The position numbers were made by a program, and so were the translations under genes. Below are positions 1 through 11,849 of a stretch of DNA of 64,000 nucleotides, piece by piece (the stretch's first letter is position 1; each line of letters opens with the position of its first letter). The notes beneath the pieces are model-generated. The model was not told the origin of the DNA. It did no database searches and worked only from the letters and a program-made list of their open reading frames with translations. The DNA is from the human T2T-CHM13v2.0 reference genome, Homo sapiens: NCBI RefSeq assembly GCF_009914755.1, contig NC_060926.1; one strand, written 5' to 3'.

Positions 1-2315
1 ATACTTGGGTTAATATCTACTATAGTTAGTACTGTTTTCTATTTGTTGCCCTTATTCTTTGTTTCTATGTTTGTCTTCCACTCATTTTCTGCCTTTTGTG
101 GTTTTAATTGAGCATTTAATATGTTCGTATTGTTTCTCTCCTTTCTTAGCGTATCATTTATACTTTCTTTTTTACTTATTTTAGTGCTTGCTGTGGAGTT
201 TGCAGTATGCATTTACAACAAATCCAAATCTACTTTCAAATAATATTGTGCTGCTTCATGACAGTACAAGTACCTTATAATAACAAAATTATCCTAATTC
301 CTCCCTGCCATCCTTGTCTCATTACTATCATTTATTTCACTTACACATAAGCATACCTAGCATATATGAAATACTATAATTACACATAATCAGCACATTA
401 CTAATATTATGATTTTGGGCAAACCATTAGCTGTTAAATTAATTAAGAATAAAAATAAAAGTTTTTATTTTACCTCCACTTATTTCTTCACCTTTCTTTA
501 CCTGCTCTCTTTTTCATGTAGATCCAAGTTTCTGAGCTGTATCATTTGTCTTCTCTCTGAAGAACTACTTTTAACATTTCTTACAAGGCAGATCACTGCC
601 CATAAATTCCTTCCATTTTTGTTTGTCTGAGGAAGTTTTAATTTCTCCTTCACTTTTGAAGGATAATATTGCAGGGTAGAGAATTCTAGGGTGGTGGGGT
701 TTTTATCTCAACATTTTGAATATTTAACTTCTTGATGGCATGGTTTCTGAGGAGAGGTTGGATGTAATTCTTATTTTTCCTCCTTTATAGGTAAAACTTT
801 TTTTTTTCCTTTGACTTCTTTCAGCGTTTTTTAAATAGTTGATTTTCTGTAGTTTAGAAATTATATGCCTTGGTATAGTTTTTTGTTGGTTTGTTTGTTT
901 GTTTCTTTTTGGCATTTATCCTGTGTGGTGTTCTTCAAGCTTCCTGGAGCTGTGGTTTGGTTTGGTGTCTGACATTAATTTTGGGAAATTCTCTGTCCTC
1001 ATTGTATCAAATATTAATATTTTTTTCTGTTCCTTTCTCTTTCTTCTCGTAGTGGTAGTCTCTTTTTGCATATGTTACACTTTTTGTAGTTATCACCCAA
1101 TCCTTGGATATTTTTTCCAGTCTTTGTTCTCTTTATTTTTTCATTTTTGAAGCTGCTATGGATATATCCTGAAGCTCAGAGATTGTTTCTTCAGCCATGT
1201 CTAGACTACTAATAAGCCCATCAGAAGCTTTCTTCATTTCTGTTAGTGTTTTTGATCTCTAGCAGTTCTTCTGATTCTTTCTTAGCATTTCCATCTCTCT
1301 GCTTATACTGCCCATTTGTTCTTACATGCTGTGTACATTATCCATTAGAACCCTTAGCATATTAATCATAGTTGTTTTAAATTCCCAGTCAGATAATTCC
1401 AGCATCCCTGCTATATCTGAGTCTAGTTCTGATGTTTGCCTTGTCACTTCAAACTGGTTTTTTGGGGTTTTTTTGTTTTTTTTTTTCTTTGCCTTTTAGG
1501 ATGCCTTACAATTTTTTCTTGCCAGACATTATATACCGGGTAAAAGGAACTGTCAGTAAACAGTCTGTTAGTAATGTGAGTAACGTGTGGAGGGAGGGAA
1601 AGAATTACATAGAGCTGTGATTAGGTGTTTTCATGAATTTGTGCCTTTGAGCTGTGAACCTCACAAGTGCTGTTCAGTCCTCCCCTGGCCTTAGATAGGA
1701 CAGGATGGCTAGAGTGGGCTGGAGTTGGGGATTTCCTTGTCCCCAGATCAGTCGGGGTCTGATAAAACCTCAATCTCTGATAAAAAAAAAACAACCCTCA
1801 ACCTCTGATAAAATAGTTTCTCCTAAGAGAAGCCCTCGTTAAGAAGAGCAGAGTGCTCTGGGCTATTTTAAAAAATGGTTCTCTCCCCACGTTCCCCACC
1901 CCCAACCCCCACACTGAAATCCTGAGATTTTCTCCATATTTACTATGAGAATCTAGTTGAGCTCCTGAAGAGCACGACTCTCAACTGAATGTACAAAAGT
2001 CTATCAACTCAACGACTGGGTCCCCCTTAGAGTTTTTGACTCTCAGGCTTGTCTGCTCTGAGCCCATTTGTTGGTTACAGTTACAGTTTTTCTACCCCAG
2101 CATTGTTCCTACAGAGGTTTCTGCTTCAGTAAGTTGCGATTCTCTGTATTCGCCTGGTTGGCTGTCTAATTCTGGGAGCAGCAGTTTCAGTTTGCCCTAG
2201 GACTTCACTTCACTTGGTGGATCTCGGAAGAGCTGTTGATTTTGTAGTTTGTTCAGCGTTTTGCTTGTTAGAATGGAGTGCTGCTGACTTCTAAGCCCCT
2301 TAGGTGCCAGACTTC
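1..2315 (-). mobile_element. Old L1 (L1M, L1MD-like) 5'UTR/ORF1/inter-ORF fragment, antisense to PRKCE
   Basis: T-rich + strand. Minus ORF 724-915 contains L1 ORF1p-like motifs (PRHIISKLQK, TYKGGKIRITSNLSSETM). Heavily degraded; boundaries approximate. Confidence 0.75.
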
Positions 2316-2574
2316 AATGAGCAGGTTGTTTTCACCTGTGATGTCTTACACCAAGGACAACTAAGTGAAGAGGGAAAAGCAAAGGAATTCATTGAATTCA
2401 GACTGGAGATCTGAAAGATTCCCAGTCCCTGGAGGGAAATATAAATGTGACATTTACTTACTTATCTATATTTAGGGTATACTTAGAAAGGATGGCTGGA
2501 ATGAAGTACTAGAAACAGTGGTTATCTCTGCAAGGTGGTTTAATGAATGATTTTGGTTTTGTATGATGGAAGAC

Positions 2575-2598
2575 ATATATATATATATATATATATAT
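2575..2598. repeat. (AT)12 microsatellite
   Basis: Read directly from the sequence. Confidence 0.95.
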
Positions 2599-2647
2599 TT
2601 CTGTATTTTCCAAATTATATCTTAAATGAACATGTAATACTTCATGA

Positions 2648-2914
<267 letters not shown>

Positions 2915-5221
2915 TAGCATTTCTGTGCTGACTTCCAGAGGGTGCTCTGGAGTGAGGTAATAAGATTCCTGGGTTTGAGGTATTTTACTCAGAACTGCAG
3001 TACTTAAAGAAAAAAACAAAGATAGAAGCCAGGCAGGTAACATTAATGTCTTCTTGAGCTCCAAAAGTGGACTGAAAACACAGCAAGCCTCAAGGGTTAC
3101 GTTTGCCAAAGAAACATAAACTTTGAGATGAGGAATTTGAAATTCCTTCTAGAAAAAGCTTAACAACTCCATACAAGGAAATGGACTTATCTGCTTCCAG
3201 AACTGGCATGAAAGCAATGTCAGTGTCTGAACTTCACCCTTGGTATCATTATAATGGAGATAAATGGGTGAAGAACTGGAACCACATTCTTTTCTAGGGA
3301 GGAAGCCAAGATGATTTGTGATCATACCAGCACTGAGCTGCCTGGGGAATATTGTTAATGTCTCACGACATGAAACATCTGGGCCATTCTTTGGAGACCA
3401 AAACTGTCTCTATCTCTGTGACATTCTAAATATCAGTAAGAAGAGATCCATTTGCCAAAATGTTATTTTGGTAAGTCAGGGCCCACAGATGTAAACAGGG
3501 GGAAAGGCATCCGTAGCATTTCATTTGTAGGCTCTTCTTTAGCCCTGGCTCCTAGCCTAGAAAATTTAAGAGGTCTTTGAAAAGTAAGTTATGAGAAAAT
3601 TAGAACCATGTTAACAGGGCAGAAAATCCGGGTGAAGGGTGCAGTGGGGCGTGGCCCTCATTGCCCAGTGGCGAACATCCTCAAGCCCCCTGCTAGAAAA
3701 GCAAGTCTGACTCTAGGTACCTCTGCAATCTTCCGCCTAAATAGTCTCCCTGAATTTTGCCCTGAAATGTCTTCTAAAGGCATTTCCTACATTTCCTGGT
3801 CATCTTGTCATGTTAGAAGCTACCCGTGGCTCTTCCATGTTGCTTCTCTTGTATAGGAAAGGTTGAAGGGTTCTTATTTTCTTAAACTTCTCCTACCCTG
3901 TTTTCTCAATAAGCAAAGCTGTTGTGCAAGGGTTGCAGAAAAAATTCTCTTCTCTCTGGTTGAGATAACTGAGACTTTGTGCTTTTGGTGGCTCTTCTCA
4001 GCTTTGTAAATTCCACTGGTGGAAACAAGACTTCACTTGTTGACCCAAGGCCCTGGAATTGCAAGCAGAGTATCAGTACCCAAGAATGCTAGGGCCCTGC
4101 TGAAGAGGCAAGCTGAGCAAACACTCTGTCATGACAACGTTATGCAAACACATTTAAAAGCTCTAGAGAGAACCCTTTTCAGGAGACATGGTTTTTATTC
4201 TTGTCTAGAAGTAAATTAAGACAGAATCTTTGTCATGAAACATTTGAAAGAAAACTCAGTACCTGCTGTCTTTGCGCTATATTTACATGGGTTGTCATGC
4301 CAGCTGTGAGACATTGTCTGCCTTGTCTTGGATTTGGAAGAACCAACAGGTAAGAAGCCAACATGGAGAAATTCAAGAAGGGGCAGGGTGGAAGGCTGAG
4401 GGACTGTAGTCCTGATATTTTTATTGCTGGGATGCTTCTGATGCCAAAATTGGGAAAAACCAAGTTGTAACTCAAGTCACTATGAGAGGTTGGGAGAGGA
4501 GTGCCCTTGGTCTGAAGCTCAAAGGCTTCTTTGCAGGAATATCAGACTTTCTGGTGTTTTGGTAGCCCTCGTGTTGCCCCTTGCAACTAGTCCATCATCC
4601 AGAAAGGATGTGTGTGCACAGCAGGTAGACCAAGAGTTAGTACTAAAAGGGAGCAGAAGTGTTTGTGATCTTTGAGTCTAAACCACTGATGTTAATGGAG
4701 ACTCAAAGTGGATATGCCAGCATCTATGCGAAGGAACAAACCTCACTGGAGGTGTTCTATTAAAATTTACCAACAAATATCAATATATCTGAAAATATTT
4801 ATTGAGCATCTATTATGTTTCTTACTTTGTGTAAGTCACTAGGGGCAATAAAAGTGCCGGACAGAGTCTTACCTTTAAGTATCCTATAGTCTACTTAAGT
4901 GGAGAACACCTCACAATATACACATAAAGATACTAACTATAAAAAGCTGAATAAGATATAAATAAGTGCCAAACAGGTGTTAGAGACAAGTGTCACATTG
5001 CTTTGCATGAGATAACTTGCATTGCTTGGATAGGTGGAGGGGGACGTTATGGAAGACATGGGGTGAGCTTTGCTTAGAAAGGTCAATTGTATTTGGATAG
5101 AATTAAAAGTGAACAAACTGAAGTCTCTTGTTTTCTTCCCTTAAATTGGCAAATGAAACCTTGAGTCTGTGCTTTCAGAATATCAATTCAGCAAGTAACA
5201 CTGGGTATTAGGAACACTCTC

Positions 5222-5742
5222 TTTTTTTTTTATTTTAGCAGTTTTTAATGAAAGTTATATGTAAGATTTATTCCTGAATCCTCTCAATTGTTTTTTCCTT
5301 GCATTTGCCCTTCTCTTTTCCTACTTGGTGAGATGTGGCTTTCCGTTCAAAGATCTCTTTGCAGTCTTTGTCCAGCTTTAGCCTGGTGATAACCACCTTG
5401 CTGGGGTAGATACCCACGTGGATAGTTGAACATTAGCCTTTTCCTGCTGTACCCGTCCAATGTAGATGATGTATTTCTTCCTGTAAACCTGGACTACTTT
5501 TCCAGCTTGCTAACCTTTATGGTGTCCTCGCACAACCCGAACTACTTCATCCTTTTGGATGGGGTTGGATCAAACATTGTACCTCTGTCTCAGCTCTTTG
5601 GAATGAGGGGAAGACATCATCCTTCTGTGAATGTAGGGAAGGTGCACTGAAATTCCTTTTGTGGTTCTTGCTCTGGTCAGACGTCACAGAGGGATCGAAC
5701 TTCATTTTGGCAACTTTGGCGATGGCTGCAAGAGGACAGAGA
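5222..5742 (-). pseudogene. RPL26P15: Processed pseudogene of ribosomal protein L26 (probably RPL26P15; symbol from recall)
   Basis: Minus strand: ATG 5705-5703 (MKFDPSVTSDQSKNHKRNFSAPS) to [13 protein letters not shown] 5270-5268 spans 438 nt, the full RPL26 CDS length, with no introns. Pyrimidine-rich 5' leader, ATTAAA (5249-5244) and poly(A) remnant (5222-5236). Disabled by a +1 frameshift near 5636, TGA near 5571, TAG near 5511 and a -1 frameshift near 5430. Confidence 0.93.
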
Positions 5743-5867
5743 TCTACTGAATTCCTGCTGCTCTGGGAACTCTCATGGCTCTTATACGGCATCTTGATGC
5801 TTTTGACATCAGAAAACTCTCAACCCTCCCTTCTGATGCCTCTGTCCCTGCTTTCTCTCCTCTCTAG

Positions 5868-5987
<120 letters not shown>

Positions 5988-8759
5988 TGACCTCTGAGTT
6001 CTGCCATTGGATGGACCAAGGAGCTCTGAGGCCTCTTTAACCAAGAGTGAGCTTGTTAGCTGAAATAGCTAGCAGCCCTGGTGGGTTTTCACACACCCGT
6101 TGCCTGTTGATTTAACAGTTCTTTCATTCTCCAAGACCTTCTTGAGGGCTGGGCACTCCATGGCCATATCTGCCTTAATTTCCTTCCAGGCCAGGGTAAG
6201 AGGAGAGCGAGTGTATGATGTTATGGTTCTCTGTTTTCCCTTGCCTCTGTCCCTGGTTCCAAGTGTACTGCAGAGAGAAGGGTACAGCTCCCTCTCTTAA
6301 AGCTCTTGCCTGGCCCTAGACCTGTCAACACCACTCCCTTGAGTTGAGTTTGACACTCCCTCCCCCATCATCATACCCAAAACCTGAGATCAGCTTGAGT
6401 TTGGGGCTGGGTGAGGGAGGATGTCTTCTATCCTGGCCTTTGGGTGGGTGAGGATAGAAAGATGAAGCTAGAGGAGAGACTGAGAAAAGAAGTGGGAAGG
6501 AGGCCAGTCCTAGGCCTGTTTCCCCTCTACAGCTCCAGATATCTCCTTCTGTCCGACTATGCTTCAGACAATAAGTTCTGCAGACATAATTTGCACAATA
6601 ATAATTCTGCAGCCATCCGAGAATGATGAGGCTGAGGAGGGACTTACACTTGCAAAACCTCCTGCTCTCGTGACCATTATCAGATATGCCTGGTAAGGGA
6701 CATATGCATCTGCAGAAGAGGAATAACCATCACAGCCTGACAATGGTGCCTTGGTTTTTCTATATCCCTTTTTGTATTCATTATCCTAATTTTATGCCCA
6801 TACCCACTCTATGTTGGTGCTTCATTACTGTCCCCCAGGTTAGTGAGTGGGAAGTGGGAGGTCAGAGTGTGGAAAAGTTCTGTCCCAAGGTTTGGAGATA
6901 AGTCAGTGGTAAGGGCAAGACTGTACCCATGCTGGCTGAGGGACACACTCTCAGAAACCCTGCCATCAAACCTTCCTTGGAGGTCACCACCATGACCCAG
7001 ACCTTCTTACCCAGGAGTAAATAAAAGAGCTTCGGGGGTCATGCAGCAGCCCTGAGGCCACAGAATACTTGGTCTCAGTCCCTCTTCGTGCTACTCCAAT
7101 TAACTTTCTGTGTCTTTATACTCTACCTCATTCCAAATGAGATTTGAAGCATTCATAAGTAGCCTGATGTACTCTGGGGCTGCAGAACTTGTAGCTATTT
7201 TCCCAGACCAGTTTGGGGGTTTTCACGTGTTCCTTTCTGAGGCTGAGATCCCCTTTGGGAGCTTCAGGGAGACAGGGTCATATAGAAAAGAGACCCCAGG
7301 TAAGAGTTCAGAGACCAGGGTTTGTAGGCCTGGCTCCTGCCCTGCATGCTCTCTGGCTCTGAGCTCTGCCATTGGATGGATACAGTGGCAGGATACAGCG
7401 GCCCCAGGGCCTCTGTTCATCCCACTTGACACAGACGCCAGGATTTCCCAGTAGTGATGTTAGCACAGATGTCCCTCTGAGCGACATTATTACAGAACAG
7501 AAATAAGACATAGTTTCTTTTTCTTCCCTTGTAAAGACACATAGAAAAACCTTTTCTTCAAGCTTTGCTGTCCCCAAACAACTATGTTTTGCCTTCCAAA
7601 ATTCATTTAATAACTGAGGCTTTTAGCTCTATTGTGAGATTAAAAGTTATTTAGTCAAGCTAAGTGATAGGTGGATAACTGCTGAACTGGCAAGGGGAGT
7701 GTCTGCAGACTCAGCAGCTTTCCCCGTCTTCACCCTCCCCAACACGTCTCAGAGGAGCCAAACTCCAGATCTAGGAAAGATCTCCGGATTCCTTGAGTAA
7801 GCCCTTATGGGACTCTGTCCTTCTGAAAAGAAGCTGAAGATCTCTTTCTGTCACTCATGCCTAATTCTCATTCCCAAGGGTTAATAGGCTATGTTCCCCT
7901 TCCATAATCCAAGTTATTCACAAGCATCATTTAAAATCGGATTTTGCTCAAGATGCCCATTTCCACACAGAAGAGTGCGTGTCTTGATGAATGAGTTGCT
8001 AACAGTAAAGCTTCTTCAAATAGAAAAGGTCAGAGGATCATCCAGCATTATCTCCCCCAGGTAATTCAGGTCATAAGCTCTAGAGCGGGGCACAAGACTG
8101 TCTCGTAGTTGAGAAATTGTACTGAGAAATTCCCGCCCCATTGGAGATAAGTTTGCAACATGTCACTTGGGAAAGCAATTCTTTTGTTAATAATAAGCCC
8201 ATTGCTCATTTTGTTAGATAACCTTGTGTAAGATGGGTATTTAGAAGAAACCCGGCAACAAGGCTGAGTAAAGGTTTTTAGAAGGTATGAAGGTTTCTAC
8301 CTTCAGTGATCAGCCACCGTTCTGATGGCTCAGTTGTTGAAATAATTATATCACCAGTGATTACTGTGATGACAGTTCTTGATTCGTTGTTCTCATCTTC
8401 AGAGGAAACTTGAAGGATACCTGTGACTCTGCAGAATTCCAGAGAGGGCCCAGATTTGTGTGCTTTACCTAGAACAATGGAATAGGCTACTAGCCAAAGG
8501 GGGCTTTCAGAGAGACAGCCAGGTCCAGTGTAATCTGGAGTTGACAAGGGCAGGGAAGGGACTGTGTCCTCCTCCTCTTTGCATACCTAAGCTCTGCTGC
8601 GCATTAGGTGCCAATAAGAGTGTGGTGAACAGATGAAGGAACATACAAAGGGATGTCACACTGGATCTGTTGTGAAGAACCAGAAAGAGGACTGAGAGCT
8701 TACAGGGGAAAGTCTGAGTGTTGAGTCCTAATGTAACAGGCTTAAGAGGTATGCACTAA

Positions 8760-9032
<273 letters not shown>

Positions 9033-9129
9033 TAGCATTGTTTCGTCTGTTTGATCTAAGATTGAGAGAGGAACCTTTCAGCCTGATCTCGTTAGGTTTT
9101 CTTTCCTTTTTTGTAAGTGCAAATGACCT

Positions 9130-9295
9130 GAGGCCAAGTAGATAGGAGCGCTGGTTCTGCTATTAATTGGCTATATGAGACTTTCAAGTAGTGATTTAAT
9201 CTCTTTGGAATTCAATTTTTCTCATTTGTTGAATGGGGACAGGAATCAAGTGAGATGGTAGATGAGAAAGCACTTTGGAAAGTTTTAAATGCTCA
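9130..9295. mobile_element. MIR fragment
   Basis: MIR core-like text (tttaatctct...ttctcatttgttgaatgggg...aaagcactttggaaag). Many further MIR/L2 relics are scattered through the window and not listed individually. Confidence 0.55.
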
Positions 9296-10479
9296 GTGTT
9301 CCAAATCAATAGTAGTGTCAATACATGTCTTCCCTCCTTCAGAGATCAGCTGAAATTCTGTTTTTAATTTGTTATGAAGACTTTGAGAATGAATCTCTGC
9401 CCTCAGCAAACCTAGGGTTTAAAGCAAATTTAGCATGCATTACTTTGGAAGGTAAATGTTATTTAACTGATCTTTCTGGCATGTAATAAATGTTCTGTTT
9501 ATCCTTTACACGTGGCAAGAAAATGGGAATAATCATCTCATGCCTTGGATCAGGGTCCTCTGCCCTTGGTGCCATTCTCCATATCCTGTTCCCACTGAGA
9601 TGAACACAGTGGTGTGGGGTGTGGCCTTTAGTATGCTCAATAAAGCACTAAAGGTGATCAGCCACCATTCCGATGGCTGGGTGAGATGGAAAAATTAACT
9701 CCTGTTCATTTAGAAAGAAGATGAAGGGGCAGGGAGCAGAGGAAGCTGTTTGCATTTCACCTGAGATCTCTGATTGTTCCCTGGTTCTGTTCAGAGCTAA
9801 GCCTGGGAGTCACCTTTCTGGGACCCCCTGAGAAGTTCTGGGAGGTCCTGCTCTGGGGACCAGGAAGCTCCTGGGATCACATGCCCTGGCATGTCCTGGA
9901 CTCTTGAAAGCAGCAGCCTGTAGGTCAGTCAGCTGGCCCATCCCACCTGGTTCCCAGCCGTCTCACCTGCCCCTATCTCACCCTGATACCACTCTGGTGG
10001 GAAGGTAACTGGGGTTTACTTAAATGGCAAAAGCTGAAGCAATTACATTCTTTAGAGACTGACTAAATAAAAAGAGGTCCTCTGGTTAGGCATAACTCTG
10101 GGACCTGAACAGGATGTGGTCTAATTTTGAGCAAGACTCCGAGATTCTAGGTTTTCATATAGTGTAGGCAGAATGGGAACTTAGATGACTTTGGAGCATT
10201 TAGGTTATCTCTTAGGAAAAATCACAGCCAAAGTTTGAGCCAGTTTTAAAGAGTCTGTAAAATACGCGGGCGACAAAAAGTCTTCAGGTTAACATCATGA
10301 ATTCCCTCATTAAGTTTCTGATGGCTGCTTTTTAGCTTTGATGACTTACATTGGAATACTGTACTTAGGAGTTACTTATTTAAGAAGAGAAAGGCTTGTG
10401 ACGTTTGTAGGTAAATGAGTGCAAAAATATCAAATGATAGGAACACTTTAAGAACATAGAACTGTTAATTAGCTCTCTT

Positions 10480-11300
10480 GAAAAGGAATCACGTTTCCAG
10501 CTTCAGAGTTATAAAAGAAACCATAAAGGCAAACAAGGACAGATTCAACTACATAAAGATACATGATTCTTTTCAATAGAATAAAATAACAGAAAATTAT
10601 AAAACAGGCTTAGAAAACCTTTTACAGAAAGTAAAGGGTTAGTATCTTTATATATCACATGTGTATAAATTTGTAAGAAATTAATATGATAGCAGCATAA
10701 TTAGACAAAGGAGACGTGAATAATTTACACGAAAAGAAATACAGTCAGAAAACAGTTAATTTTAAAGTTTCATTTTAAGTAAAAATAGCATCAAGGTAAC
10801 ATTTCACACCTATTAAGTGAGCAAAAATACTTTTTAAGTGAAACTACTCAGTATTGGTAAGTCACCATGAAACTCCAACACTTCTACATTGCTAGTGGCA
10901 CATTGTATCACACATCCTTTCTGAAAATAGGAAATGTGCAAAATGCTTCACCCTTTAATCTACTTATGAGGGTTTCCATCTTACAAATGTAATCCAAGAG
11001 AAATTGTTTTAATTGTGTACAAAAATACTCAATGCAACTTATATAATACTTAATGATTAGATATAACTGAAGTGCCTAATTTGAGGGAAATGGTTAAATA
11101 AATTATATTTACTTGAATTGAGTATAAGCAACCGTGATAATAATGGAGACCATATGGAGAATGTCTGTAAGATAATGTTCAGTTAAAAATTGTTACATTA
11201 TTTTACTGTACTGTAACTGTAAAAATATTTGGTGTACTGTAATTGTAAGTATGACAAACACATATAAACATATGAATAACCATTCAACAGATGTGCATTG
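10480..11300 (+). mobile_element. Very old L1 (L1ME-like) 3' fragment
   Basis: A-rich sequence with degenerate L1 3' motifs (aaagggttagtatct, acacttctacattgctagtgg, aatggttaaataaattat). Boundaries approximate. Confidence 0.55.
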
Positions 11301-11435
11301 AACTTCTCTTTTCTATGCCTGGGCATTGTGCCAGAGATCAAAAATAAATAAATTGTAGTAACTATTAGAATGTAGTAACTGTAGAACGGTAGTAACTGTA
11401 GAATAGGAAGTTTTCTTAAACATTATGTATACATC

Positions 11436-11546
11436 TTGAGAGGGGGTCTTGCTATGTTGCCCATGCTGATCTGTAACTCTTGGGCTCAAATGATCCTTCT
11501 ACCTCAGCCTCCCAAGTATCTTGGGTGCATGCCACCACACCAGGCT
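11436..11546 (-). mobile_element. FLAM/Alu monomer
   Basis: gggtcttgctatgttgccc...gggctcaaatgatccttctacctcagcctcccaag; single arm, antisense. Confidence 0.8.
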
Positions 11547-11663
11547 TGTTATAATATTTAAAATTAAAGAAAAAACAGAATTCGTTTTTGAAGTATTTGG
11601 TATTAGCTTACACTTCTTCTTTTTATTCCATACATGCATAGATTGATGGAGGCAATTGATTGA

Positions 11664-11849
<186 letters not shown>

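Noticed and set aside
409-1620. Hydrophobic, membrane-protein-like + strand ORFs
   Set aside because: Artefact of the T-rich antisense L1 sequence.
5547-5792. 81-aa minus ORF containing the RPL26 N-terminus
   Set aside because: Frameshifts out of RPL26 after ~23 codons; part of the disabled pseudogene.
5205-5822. TSD for the RPL26 retrocopy (ggaacactctc versus ggaactctc / gaaaactctc)
   Set aside because: Matches are short, gapped and not adjacent to the apparent 5' end, so a TSD cannot be supported.
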